64,000 nucleotides of DNA from Ginglymostoma cirratum (taxonomy: Eukaryota): contig JAHRHZ010000061.1 in assembly GCA_024137785.1 (NCBI GenBank), positions 16,392,207 through 16,456,206 on the forward strand, given 5' to 3'. The notes under the pieces were generated by a model. The model did not search any database, was not told where the DNA came from, and saw nothing but the letters and a program-made list of their open reading frames with translations. Both the position numbers and the translations under genes were made by a program. How positions within the stretch are numbered: the first letter of the stretch is position 1; every line of letters begins with the position of its first letter. Shown here piece after piece: positions 1 through 12,140 of this stretch.

Positions 1-826
1 ACTCCAGCCAACCAGGAAACTGGCGGTACAAACAGTTCATGCAGAACAATAACCGGGAGGTCAAATGCTACTGAGCCAAGGAAGGCTTTGTGTTCCTCCT
101 CAATGGGACTGTCACAACAGCCACACCAACCCTCCCGGTCCTCTTTGCAGTGGGGACAATAGGACCGCTTACCATCCCAAGCCCTCAGAGAGGACACACC
201 CGTAGGAAGATAGTGACCCGAGCCATTAGCGAAACTTCTGTGCAGACTGGAAGGACTCGAGAACACTGGGGTCCTCACTTGGCTATGGGTTCCTCTGGGC
301 CCTGTCTCTCAAGGGGGGAGCAGCGGGAATCATTAGTGCCAAAAATAGGAACTACCTCGTCTGTGGGCTGACCATCCTGGGAAATAGCTCAACAAAGGGG
401 CTGGATGCTATAAAGCGAGAGCTTGCTGAGTTACGACTCTACGTGCAGCAGACCCGGTATGCCATCGATTACCAGTTAGCCAAGCAGGGTGGCATGTGCA
501 CGATAGTAGGAGACAAGTGTACCGATGAATCCTACAACATCACCCAGGCCATTAACGAGATCCGTCAACAGCTTGACGCCTTCAGGCAAGGCCCCGGGAG
601 AGGGGATGGTTGGCTCGGGTGATTCCTAGGCGGCTCTTGGGGGAGGTACCTTCTGCATGCCTTAATTATATTAATTGTCATCATTGCTGCCTGCTGTGTT
701 GTTATGGCTGCCTTTAATTCATGCTGTAAAACATTGACTGCCAGAATTATGCGCGGTGCAAGTGTCCATACCGACGAGGCTGTTGTGCGCCCCTTGATGG
801 GTGGCTCAGGGACATTCGGACAATGA
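1..826 (+). pseudogene. env: Endogenous retrovirus env remnant (SU C-terminus plus TM subunit, filovirus-GP2/ASLV-like)
   Basis: Frame +3 (3-233) reads ...VKCY*AKEGFVFLLNGT...GTIGPLTIP...RRKIVTRAISE. After a 1-nt frameshift near 231-233, frame +2 reads NFCADW...GYGFLWALSLKGGAAGII...NRNYLVCGLTILGNSSTKGLDAIKRELAELRLYVQQTRYAIDYQLAKQGGMCTIVGDKCTDESYNITQAINEI...GWLG*(620-622)...YLLHALIILIVIIAACCVVMAAF..., ending at stop 824-826. Heptad repeat, ISD-like segment, CX6C, Trp-rich membrane-proximal region and TM anchor are all present. Confidence 0.88.
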
Positions 827-870
827 CCGTAAGTGGTCTGGAGGCCGTGAGTACTCACGACTCTGATCAC

Positions 871-880
871 AAGGGGGGAC
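871..880 (+). promoter_or_regulatory. Polypurine tract of the ERV
   Basis: aaggggggac lies 45 nt after the env stop and immediately before a TG dinucleotide at 881. Confidence 0.8.
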
Positions 881-1085
881 TGAAGAAGGAAGTGCAGACA
901 TTAACTTTTAAAGACATTAACTAGAGAAGACATTGTAAAGTAATTTACTGAAGAAGGAAGTACTTTTAAAGACATTAACTATAGAAGGTATTGTAAAGTA
1001 ATTTACAACTGAAGAAGGAAGTACAAACATTAACTTTAAAGACCTCAACTTTTAAAAAGACACTAACTTACTGAAGGAAGAAGGA
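881..1085 (+). repeat. Imperfect 61-68 bp tandem repeat in U3 (3 units plus a partial)
   Basis: Units starting tgaagaaggaagt at 881, 949 and 1010, and a partial unit at 1072. Shared blocks are aaagacattaact and ttgtaaagtaatttac. Confidence 0.85.
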
Positions 1086-1419
1086 AAGAGATCAACAATA
1101 CAAAGGACCTTTAAATCGAACTTCACACAATCAAGGTGAAACATCCGCTGAAACAACAGATCCCGTCCTGACAACAATGGAAGTGCTAGCCGTCACCCGC
1201 TTCGCAAGGTGCCGGGAACAGATTAACGAACTGTGTACACAACTTGAGAGGGGAGGTTGGCGTGCGACAACAAATGGATATAACCTTAGAAATCGACTGT
1301 AATAACTGAGAAGTTTGGCGAGGCCCCTTTGAGGTCCCTGCTTCTCCCAAAAACTTTTGTTGATAAAACTGTGTCTGACTCACTATACAATTGTACGTGG
1401 TAATATTTTACTGGCAACA
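881..1419 (+). mobile_element. ERV 3' LTR (about 540 bp)
   Basis: Starts TG after the PPT. Has tandem repeats at 881-1080, a TATA-like gatataa at 1277-1283 and a polyA-like gataaa at 1362-1367. Ends ...ggcaaCA at 1419, where CR1 sequence begins abruptly. The 3' boundary is inferred. Confidence 0.7.
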
Positions 1420-1775
1420 AGACATGTAGGATTCTTAAGGGGCTTGAGAGGGTAAGAAGATGTTTCCCTGCATGGAAGAGTCCAGGACCAGGAGACATAG
1501 TCTCAAAATAAGGGGGCACCAATTTAAGACTGAGATGAGGAGGAATTTTTTTCTCTCAGAATGTTGTGGGTCTTTGGAACAGAGAGCAGCGGGGAAGAGT
1601 CCTTATGTGTATTTAAGGCTTGAGGTAGGTAGATTCTTGATCAGTAGGGGAATCAAGGGTTATGGGAAAAACATAGGAAAATGGATGTGAAGAATGTTGG
1701 ATCAGACATGATCCTGTTGAATGGTGGAGCAGGCCCAAGGGGCTGAACAGCCTGTTCCTGTTTCTTGTGGTCTTC
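1420..1775 (+). mobile_element. CR1/HER1-like LINE 3' fragment (host of the ERV insertion)
   Basis: ORF 1460-1690 (SRTRRHSLKIRGHQFKTEMRRNFF) matches the CR1 ORF2 C-terminus and is followed by the CR1 3' UTR. Confidence 0.8.
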
Positions 1776-2532
1776 TGATCTTGTATACACAGCTGCCATT
1801 GTGCATTGGTGGTGGAGGAAATGAATATTGAGGGTGGCAGATAGAGTGCCAATGAAGCTAGCTGCCTTGTCAAGCTGTCAAGCTCCTTGAGTATTGCTGG
1901 AGCTCCAGGCAAGTGCAGAATACTCCATCAAACTTTTGTATGAAAATATGATGGCTTAGAGACTGAAAAATCCTCAATACCTGTTGGTTTCCAAATCACA
2001 ACTTAAAGAAGTAACTGAGGAAACTGCCAATGCTTTACCTGTAACCCCACAAAATTCTCTAGATGCATCACAAGTCCCTTTACATTGTAAAATTGTAAAC
2101 ATTGCTTCATCACTATGGAAAGGTGAGACAGAAATAAACAAAAAGCTATAGACCAATGAGTTTAACATCTAAAGTGCTGTTTGGGTTCTACACCACAGAG
2201 AGGACATTTTGCCCTTAGAAGGAGTACAAAAACTTTATTTGAGTATCATCAGGGTGCCAGCAGTTAGAATATAAGGATAAACTACATAAACTCGGTTTGG
2301 ATTCCTGGGAATGTAGGAGGTTAATAGGTGATTTGATAGGATTTTTAAAGGAAATTTGCAAGGAATTGTTTGGGTAAATAGTGAGAAACATTTTTCACGC
2401 ATGAGGAACTCTAAGACAACCAAAAAAAAAATCAGAGCTAGGTCATATGGGGGAAAAAAGTTAAGAAACACTTTTCCTGCAAAAGACTGAAGTGTGAAAC
2501 ATTCATCTCAAACAATATGTCTGTGGTGTTAG

Positions 2533-2848
2533 TGGCACAGTGGCGGTAGCGGCACTGTGGATCAATGGTTAGCATTGCTGCCTCACAATGCCAGGGACCT
2601 GCGTTCAATTCCACCCTCAGGTGACTATCTGTGTGGAGTTTGCACATTCTCCCTGTGTTTGTGTGAGTTTCCTCCAGGTGCTCCGGTTTCCTCCCACAGT
2701 CCAAAAATGTGCAGGCTAGGTGGATTGGCCATGGAAAATTGCCCATAGTGTTGAGGGATGCCTAGATTAGGTGGGTTATAGGGGGATAGGTCTGGGTGGG
2801 ATGCTCTGAGGGTTGGCATTGACCTGTTTCTACACTGTATGGATTCTA
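2533..2848 (+). mobile_element. HE1-type V-SINE (further copies at about 31305-31634 +, 33487-33790 -, 39468-39755 +, 53037-53348 +)
   Basis: tRNA-like head (tggttagcattgctgcctcac...gttcaattcc), V-domain (tgtgtggagtttgcacattctccc...gtttcctcccacagtccaaa) and CR1-like tail. The five copies align with one another. Confidence 0.85.
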
Positions 2849-4216
2849 AATCTGAGATTAGCTAGCTAGCAGTATGACACCAAGGTGAATGAATGGAGAT
2901 AGGATGTGGATCCACCATGAATTTATTGGATAGTCTGACAGATGAGATGGGCTGGATGACCTACTCCCATTCCTTTTTTTTCTTACATTTCCTAAGATCT
3001 TATTTCAAATTTTTCACTTAATAGTTTCTTAATCTTTTTCTAAACTTTTCTACTCTCTTCACACCCCAGTTTTACACTTTGTTTGCACTTCTGTCCTACT
3101 GAGCTATTCAGCCATTTCAAACTGATGCCCCAAGCCACATTCGAGGCCTCGCTCAGATTTTCCGGTCAGCCGTAGAATAATGTGTCAAAAAGTTGAATGT
3201 GCCAAGTGGTTTGGGGTTGGAATACCAATGTTTTTTCTGCTTCAGCACAATTTATGCTTTACATCTTGCTTGCCATTTTCACCGTCAGGATTTTTATTTT
3301 CCCCTGAGTATATGCATTGCAGGTTTATTCTAGTACATAAAGCCTAAATGTTAATCTTCTGTTAATTCCGGTTATGTCGTATCTTTTAAAGAAAACAATT
3401 ATTCTTGTACTCTGCCTTTAAGAGTTGGATCTTGTTGTGCATTGCCCTGGGGCCTGACAGAACTCCCAGACCATTAGGCTACTTACCCTTACTGAACTTA
3501 TGTACACTGTTCATCTGATAGATCAAAATATTAAACAAAGGTGTTAGTCATCAATGTTTTTTCCATTTTGCTGTGGGCCCTGAGGCAAATTCTAGTGTTA
3601 CACAATTGCTCTAGCTTTGTGAACCATGGGTCAATGAGTAGCTTTATCTACTTTTCATCAGTTTATGTTTAAGTCCTTAATCTAGTTGTGATGTAAGTCA
3701 TCATTTTTAGGACTAGCTGTAATTATCCTGTCCCCTGCTATGTTCATATGACATTACAATTCCCTGGGTGTTGGGGCTACTTGTTTTTTTACCTTCATGG
3801 ACCATATGTAATGGTCAACATGTGAATTTTACTTGGGACCTCGTTTCCAATAGCAACCATATAATGAGATGCCCCTTCCAAATTTAATTTAAAGTAAATC
3901 AAATTGATAATTCATTATGAGATTCACTAATAGTTAATATGTGTTAATAATAAGATATTCAGGTGAAAACCATGTTTTAATTAAATGTACAGAGAATTTT
4001 TCGAGGAGACAATGGCTTAGTGGTAAAGTCACTTGTAAACCAGAAGCTCTGGTGCCATGAGTTCAAGTTTTACGACCAAACTTGACGTCAAGTCAGTTAA
4101 TGATCTGGTGAGTCCCTCCCTCTGGGTTGGAAGGTCTGGGTTCAAGTCACACCTGTGCTGGAAATATCTCACACCTGCCCAAATGGGTTGATTCAAAATA
4201 CTTCCCTTAAGAATTT

Positions 4217-5700
4217 TTGGCAGGGCCTTTGGCGATGATCTTTTCGTCTTCACTGTCCACGGGTATAGAGCCGGAAGATTGGAGAGTGGCAAACGTCATT
4301 CCCTTGTTCAAAAAAGGGAATAGGGATAACCCTGAAAATTACAGGCCAGTGAGTCTTACTTCAGTAGTGGGCAAATTATTGGAAAGGACTCTGAGAGATA
4401 GGATTTACGATCACTTGGAAAGGCACAGTTTGATTCGTGATAGTCAGCATGGATTTGTCAGGGGTAGATTATGCCTCACAAACCTTATTGAATTCTTTGA
4501 AGAGGTAACCAAACACGTGGATGAAGGTAGAGTAGTGGATGCGGTATACATGGATTTAAGTAAGGCATTTGATAAGGTTCCCCATGGTAGGTTCATGCAG
4601 AAAGTAAGGAGGCATGGGATAAGGGGAAATGTGGTTGATTGAATTCAGACTTGGCTGACCCTTAGAAGACAAAGGGTGGTAGTGGACAGAAAATATTCAA
4701 CATGGTGCTCAATTACGAGTGGTGTACCATAAGGATCAGTTCTGGGTCCTCTTCTATTTGTGATTTTTGTAAATAATTTGGGTGTAGGAGTGGAAGGGTG
4801 GATTAGTAAATTTGTGGATGATATGAAGGTGGGTCGAGTTGTGGATAGTGTGGAGGGCTGTTCTATGTTATGAAGGGACATTGATAGGATGCAGAACTGG
4901 GCTGAGAAGTGGCAGGTAGAGTTTAACCCTGAAAAGTGTGAGGTGATTCATTTTGGAAGGACAATTTTGAAAGCAGAATACAGGGTTAACAGAAAGATTC
5001 TTGGCAGTGTGGAGAAGCAGAGGGATCTCGGGGTTCATGTCCACAGTTCCCTGAAAGCTGCCACCCAGGTGGATAGAGTTGTTAAGAAGGCATATGGTGT
5101 GTTAGCTTTCATGAATAGAAGGATTCAGTTCAAGAGCCGTGAAGTTATGCTCCAGCTATACAAAAGCCTGGTTTGGCCACATCTGGAGTATTGTGTCCAG
5201 TTCTGGTCACCTCATCACAGGAAAGACTTGGAAGTGTTGGAAAAGGTGCAGAGGAGATTTACCAGGATGTTGCCTGGAATGGAGGGAAGATCTTATGAGG
5301 AAGGGTTGAGAGAGGTAGGGTTTTTCTCTTTAGATTGACGAAGGATGAGAGGTGACTTGATAGAGATGTACAAAATGATCAGAGGTATAGATAGAGTCGA
5401 CAGCCAGAGACTTTTTCCTAGGGTGGAGGTAGCTATTACGTGGGGGTATAGTTTTAAAGTGAGTGGAGGCAGATATAGGGGACACGTAAGAGGTAGGTTC
5501 TTTATTCAGAGAGTGTTAGGGGCATGGAATGCATTACCGGAGAGGGTAGTAGAGTTGGCCTCATTAGGGGCATTTGAGCGGCTATTAGATAGGCATATGG
5601 ATGATAGTATAAGTTAGGGGTGGAAGTTAGATAGACCTTAGGCTTAGGGTAAAAGTTCGGCCTGTACTATGCTGTACTGTTCTATGTTCTATGTTCTATG
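4217..5700 (+). mobile_element. CR1/HER1-like LINE, 5'-truncated ORF2 (RT) with in-frame stops
   Basis: PEDWRVANVIPLFKKG, NYRPVSLTS, DLSKAFDKVPH and HLEYCVQFWSP motifs; tail of (tgttcta)n at about 5676-5700. Confidence 0.95.
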
Positions 5701-8700
5701 GACCGGGAGACCCAGGTTCAAGTTCCATCTATTACAGACATGTGTAAAACATCTCTGATATGAATAGGAAGGGTTTAGACGGATACAGGCCAAATGCTGG
5801 CAAATGGTACTAGATTGATTTAGAATATCTAGTTGGCATGGATGATTTGGACCGAAGGGTTTGTTTGCCTGTTGTACATCTCTATGACTCCACAAGATTG
5901 ATGAGAAAACATCTATAGAGAATCTGTACAGGTCCAGGCTGCGGGTAGGGAAATGATTCATAGTTACCAACTGCCTGCTCTCTTCCATGGCTATGTTCAC
6001 ACCTGGGAGAAGAAACATGCAGTGTCCATCAACACTCTCAATGCCGTGAAAGACAGCTAGGCACCGTCAGGGGGATTCACATTATTTCCCCCTCCAACAC
6101 CATTTTAAGTTAGTCGCTTCCCTCTCTCCCTATCTTTCCCTCACTGTTGTTGTCTTTGCACCACCCAAGACAGGCTGTGCTTGCAAAGTGGTCATTTAAT
6201 TAGAAACACAGGTGGCTTGGCAATGGCAATAAAAAGAACAGTATTCACTGGTGTGTGATAGTGTTATCTGGGTAGGAAAAACATATGGAGGATTTGTAAA
6301 GAGACACTGCTCCCCTCTGAATGCACCCTTCTTGGACAAATTAACACATTGTCCTTTGGTCCAAAAACCTCCCTTGGGAACTTCAGTGTCACAATGTGAG
6401 CTGGTTTGTGGAAATTACCTCCATGTTCTTCCAGTTGGCACTGAGGATTTTCTGGTATGGGCTGCTGCTGGACACACTTTGAATCTTCACCTTCACCCAC
6501 TACGTTGACATTCTGTGTTTCTGTCTGGTGGCCCCAGTAGAGGGTTGTTTGTGTGGGAGATCCCCCCCACTTGTTTTGGGTCTTTGGAGTGCAGGATATT
6601 GCACACAACTATCTGTACAATCATAGGAGCAGTCGGTTCAAGGACCTGCAGATCAACTGTAATTTCTGCGACAACAAGTGCATGAGACCATGCGATATAC
6701 CTACACTGAGTGCACTTGGTTACAACCCCTTATCAGTGGTTTAAAAGGCTTATTCCTGAAAGTTTTCTTACTCTTTAATTCCTCACTCCTGTTCATTCAG
6801 CAACTTCTGCAAAGATGGAGGCCGACAAGAGGACCATCTCATGGGCCCGAACTTAAGCCTGACCAAAGTGGCCTTACGCAGGTCCAGGTAGTGCATTATG
6901 GAGCAATTCATTGTGCCTGCCTTTGTTTTGTGACTGCATTTGTGACAGAGTGTCCTTGTAGATGGAGCAAATGGTATACACTGGTACGTTTTAAGCAGTG
7001 GGTACTGCAGGGTTTGGAATGCATCATCTGCTGAGGGAATGACATTTGAATTGAAGTTTCCTTTGAGGTTTTAAATTCCCATACAGCGTGCCTTCAAGGT
7101 CTAGTTAGCTAAGTTAATTAATGGTTTGCTTAAGTCATTTCATGCACTGGTAGTGTCCCTAACTCTGAGTCAGGAGTCCTGGATTAAAGTCCCAGCTGCT
7201 CCAGATGTGTGCAATATTATTGCTGAACAGGTTTCTTCAAAAATATTTTTTGAATAATAAAGTATAGAAGAGACTGTGGGATAATTGACTCATTTGCTAG
7301 GAATCAGACATATGCAAAGCTGTACTTTGCAAATAACCTAACATCAAGAAAAGTATTTGTGGCTGGTTTCGTGTATCACCAACTGATTTTGGGATTGGAT
7401 TAATGTTGATAACTTTGCTTTCTTTCCACTTGTCTTGGAAGCATTGACTCATGCTGGAGTACACTTCACAGTAGCTTATCTGAGCTTCATGCATAAGCCT
7501 GGGCAATGAGACACCAACATCTCAAAGCTTAGCCTGCTGCTGAAGAACAAGGGACACAGCAAAAGCGTAGGACTCTCCACCCTAGTACCAACAGTGTAGA
7601 GAAGCAGCACAAGGAGTGAAAAGAGGTGGAAGAATTATACCATTGTGTTGGACACGGGTTTGGAGGTGGAGCAAGTCATAAAGTATCTAGCTGGTTTGCC
7701 CAGATGTTTCCACCTTTGCCACATTTTCCAAGGACAGGTTGAGTCCAATGTCAGCAACCTGCCCAGTAGTACTGGTGGAAATCCAATTAAGGAAGATAAT
7801 TAGGAGGTTAACTAATCTTCCACAACTTTGTAATTTTACCAGCATCAGCAGCTCAGACGAAGCTGCTGCACAATAGCTGGTGAGAGAAACATGAAAACAC
7901 TTCAACAACAAACAATTACCAGGCTGATGCCTTGAACTGTCTGAAGCTTACCATTGTATCTGTAGCTCCTGGAGACTGATGTCTATGATAGCGCTGGGTT
8001 CATACAATGGCACACCAATGATTCATACTGATGATGCCTCCAGCATGTCTTTCCTTCTCCTTTCGCATTCCCCTCAGCAGAGGTTCAAGAATCATAGATT
8101 AATCAACATAGGTGATCGGGAGCTCTTAAATAATTTTAAAGTGGTTTATTAAATAGTAACAGTTTGGAAATTACACACAAACTAAAGTAGGCAGAAAAAG
8201 CGTACAACCCATTACAGATTGGGATAGTTAGCCAATCTCAGAAGGGTGGAAGGCTCAGTTTGTTGATCTTTGTAGCTCGTGGAGACAGCATTCTGCTTAG
8301 TAGTTGAGGCTCTTCCCACATTAACTATCAACTCCAAAGAAGGCAGTTATTTGGAAGGACAGGCTCAAGTGCCCATTTTAATATATTTTTATTTTGGTTG
8401 TTTACCCAATGTCATATTGCTTGGAACCATCTAACCAATGGATACAGGATGAATACCCAAGATCGGGGCATCATCTCTACTCTTGCCCAGCACTTTAGCT
8501 CAAAGTAATCTTTTACTTTGCTTAACACTGTATTACCCATCACTTCAGCTTTTCTATTTTACTTTGCTTAATGCTGCAAGTCATTTGTTAACTTTTAATG
8601 GAGTCTTGTATAGATAAGACAAGATGCCAGAAGACTCTCTGATATCAGTTCAGGAATGTATACATCTTTATTTTACCTCTGACTGGCTGCTAAACATCTT

Positions 8701-8954
8701 TTAGAGATTAAAAAAAACGTAGATTAGCAGGAATGACAGTAAGCAAGTAGTTGGAGACTTTTAAGGAGGTATTTCATAACTCTCAGCAAAAATACATGCC
8801 AGTGAGGAGGAAAGATTCTAAGTGAGGGATAAACTAACTATAGCTAACCAAGGCAGCTAGAGAGAGTATTAAATTGGAAAAAAAAAATTAGACTTCCTGC
8901 TCCTATGATGCTGCTTGACCTGCTGTGTTCATCCAGCCCCATGCTTGTTATCCG

Positions 8955-10147
8955 AGACTTCCAAAAGGCCTTTGATAAGGTGCCTCACGGGAGGCAGCTG
9001 AGTAAGGTGAGGGCCCATGGTGTTCGAGGTGAGTTACTGGCATGGATTGAGGATTGGCTGGCTGACAGAAGGCAGAGAGTTGGGATAAAAGGCTCTTTTT
9101 CAGAATGGCAACCGGTGACAAGTGGTGTCCCGCAGGGTTCAGTGTTGGGGCCGCAGCTGTTCACCTTATATAGTAATGATCTGGATGAAGGGACTGGGGG
9201 CATTCTGGCGAAGTTTGCCGATGATACGAAGTTGGGTGGACAGGCAGGTAGTACGGAGGAGGTGGGGAGGCTGCAGAATGATTTAGACAGTTTAGGAGAG
9301 TGGTCCAGGAAATGGCTGATGAAATTCAACGTGAGCAAATGCGAGGTCTTGCACCTTGGAAAAAAGAATACAGGCATAGACTATTTTCTGAACGGTGAGA
9401 AAATTCATAAAGCCGAAGTACAAAGGGATCTGGGAGTGCTAGTACAGGATTCTCTAAAGGTTAACTTGCAGGTTGAGTCTGTGATTAAGAAAGCGAATGG
9501 AATGTTGTCATTTATCTCAAGAGGGTTGGAATATAAAAGCAGCGATGTGCTTCTGAGACTTTACAAAGCCCTAGTTAGGCCCCATTTAGAATACTGTGTC
9601 CAATTTTGGGCCCCACACCTCAGGAAGGACATACTGGCACTGGATCGTGTCCAGCGGAGATTCACACGGATGTTCCCTGGAATGGTAGGCCTAACATACG
9701 ATGAACGGCTGAGGATCCTGGGATTGTATTCATTAGAGTTTAGAAGGTTGAGGGGAGATCTAATAGAAACTTACAAGATAATGCATGGCTTAGAAAGGGT
9801 GGACGCTGGAAAGTTGTTTCTGTTAGGTGGGGAGACTAGGACCCGTGGGCACAGCCTTAGAATTAGAGGGGGTCAATTTAGAACGGAAATGAGGAGACAC
9901 TTCTTCAGCCAGAAAGTGGTGGGCCTGTGGAATTCATTGCCACGGAGCGCAGTGGAGGCCGGGACGTTGAATGTCTTCAAGGCAGAGATTGATAAATTCT
10001 TGATCTCGCAAGGAATCAAGGGCTATGGGGAGAGTGCGGGTGAGTGGAGTTGAAATGCCCATCAGCCATGAATAAATGGCGGAGTGGACTCGATGGGCCG
10101 AATGGCCTTACTTCCACTCCTATGTCTTATGGTCTTATGGTCTTATG
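8955..10147 (+). mobile_element. Young 5'-truncated CR1 LINE with uninterrupted RT C-terminal frame
   Basis: Open frame to 10053 with DFQKAFDKVPH, GVPQGSVLGP, FADDTK and LEYCVQFW; 3' tail (tcttatgg)x3. Inserted in an older CR1. Confidence 0.95.
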
Positions 10148-11059
10148 GATGTAAAAGTCAGTGATAGCCCCAGAAGTCTGGATTAAATTCAGAATCCAGC
10201 AAAAAGAGAAGTAATGAAGAGAGAGAAAATAAGCTGCAAGGGCAAACCAGCAAGGAATATAAAAACTGACAATAAGAGCTTCTTTAAATATATAAAAAAG
10301 AAGGGAGTGGTCAAAGTCAACATAGCCCCCTTAGAAAATGAATATTGGAAGATGGTTATGGGGAACAAGGAAATAGCAGAGGAGTTAAACAGAAATTTTG
10401 CAGCAGTGTTTATGGTGGAAGATACTTCGAACATTCCATTAATACTAAAGAATACAGGTGGATAAATTCAGTACCATCATCGCGTAGTATGAGAAGTAAT
10501 ACTACACAAACGTATGGGGCAAAAGTCAAATTGGTCACTTTGCCCTGTTGGCTAGCATCCTGGTATCCTAAAAGAAGTAGCTAAAGAGATAATGGATGCA
10601 TCGGTTACAATTTTCCAAAAATGATTGGATTCTGGAGAAGTATCAGAGGATTGGGAAACCGTATATGTGAAAAGTCTATTCAAAAGGTTAGGAGACAAAA
10701 AGCACGTAACTATAGCCCGATTAGCCGAACATCAATTGTTGGAAGAGTCCTGGGATCAGTTGTTAAGGATGTAACAGCAGACCATTTGAAAAATTATAAT
10801 CTAATCAACCAGAGTCAAAATGATTTCATGAAAGGAAAATCATCTCTGACTAACTTACTAGGTTTTCAAGGAAGTCTCAACCAGAGTGGATAGTGTGGGA
10901 GCAGCAGATGTGTTGTCTTTATACTTCCAGCAAGCATTTGACAAAGCACCTCATAAAAGGTAAGATACGATAAGAGCTGATTGTGTTGGAAGTGGCATAC
11001 TGACATGCCTAGAGAATTGGCTAATAATGGGCAGAAAAAACAGTGAGTGTGGATATGGG

Positions 11060-12140
11060 ATAACAAGGTGTAGAGCTGGATGAACACAGCAGGCCAAGCA
11101 GCATCAGAGGAACAGGAAAGCTGACCTTTCGGGTCTAGGACCTTCTTCTGAAATGAGGGAGGGGCAGGGGATTCTGAAATAAATAGGGAGAGAGGGGGAG
11201 GCGGTTGGAAGATGGATAAAGGAGCAGATGGGTGGAGAGGAGATAGACAGGTCAAAGTGACGGGTTTGGAGCCAGTAAAGGTGAGTGTAGGTGGGGAGTT
11301 AGGGTGGGGATAGGTCGGTCCAGGGAGGACGGACAGGTCAAAGAGGCGGGATGAGGCTAGTACGTAGGAGATGGGGCTGGGGCTTGAGGTGAGAGGAGTG
11401 GATAGGTGGGAGGAAGGACAGGCTAGGGAGGTGGGGGCGAGCTGGGTTGGTTCTGGGACGCAGTCGGGAGAGGGGAGATTTTGAAGCTTGTGAAGTCTAC
11501 ATCGATACCATTGGGCTGCAGGGTTCCCAAGCGAAATATGAGATGCTGTTCCTGCAACCATTGGGTGGCATCGTTATGGCACTGCAGGAGACCCAGGATG
11601 GACATGTCATCCAAGGAGTGGGAGGGGGAGTTGAAATGGTTTGTGACTGGGAGGTGCAGTCGGTTGTCGTGATCCGAGCGTAGGTGTTCCACAAAGCGGT
11701 CTCCAAGCCTCCGCTTGGTTTCCCCGATGTAGAGGAGGCCACATTGGGAACAGCGGATACAATATACCACATTAGCAGATGTTCACCTGCACATCTGCTT
11801 TATGTGGAAGGTCTTCTTGGGGACTGGGATGGGGGTGAGGGAGGAGGTGTAGGGGCAGGTGTAGCGCTTATTGCGGTTTCAGGGAAAAGTGCTGCAGGTG
11901 GTGGGTCTGGTGGGGAGTGTGGAGCGGACAAGGCAATCACAGAGAGAGTGGTCCCTCCGGGAGGCAGATAAGGGTGGGGAGGGAAAAATGTCTTTGTTAG
12001 TGGGGTCAGATTGCAGATGGTGGAAGTGCTGGAGGATGATGAGGTCGATGGGGTGGTACGTGAGGACAAGGGGGATACTGTTTTGGTTGTTGTTGTGGGG
12101 AGGGGGTGTGAGGGATGAGTTACGGGAAATGCGGGAGACA
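11060..12140 (-). mobile_element. Penelope-like element family A, 5'-truncated (GIY-YIG endonuclease plus pseudo-LTR)
   Basis: ORF 11423-11770 (-) reads VYCIRC..CGLLYIGETKRRLGDRFVEH...GTLQPNG. A 9-bp TSD ggatatggg lies at 11051-11059 and 12141-12149. Confidence 0.9.

Noticed and set aside
1-826. Endogenous filovirus element
   Set aside because: The GP2-like frame is followed by a PPT and a TG-initiated LTR and preceded by a retroviral SU-like segment. It is a retroviral env, not a captured filovirus mRNA.
1-826. Domesticated syncytin-like gene
   Set aside because: It has a stop at 72-74, a frameshift near 232, a stop at 620-622 and an apparent deletion in CX6CC. This copy is not intact.
881-1085. 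CRISPR-like repeat/spacer array
   Set aside because: The sequences between the repeated heads are themselves homologous, the context is a vertebrate LTR, and there are no cas genes.
2533-2620. tRNA genes at SINE heads
   Set aside because: The A/B-box heads run directly into SINE bodies and no complete cloverleaf is evident.
6250-7050. Possible further Harbinger transposase remnant (GVQDIAH...QINCNFCD)
   Set aside because: The motif match is too degenerate to support without a profile search.
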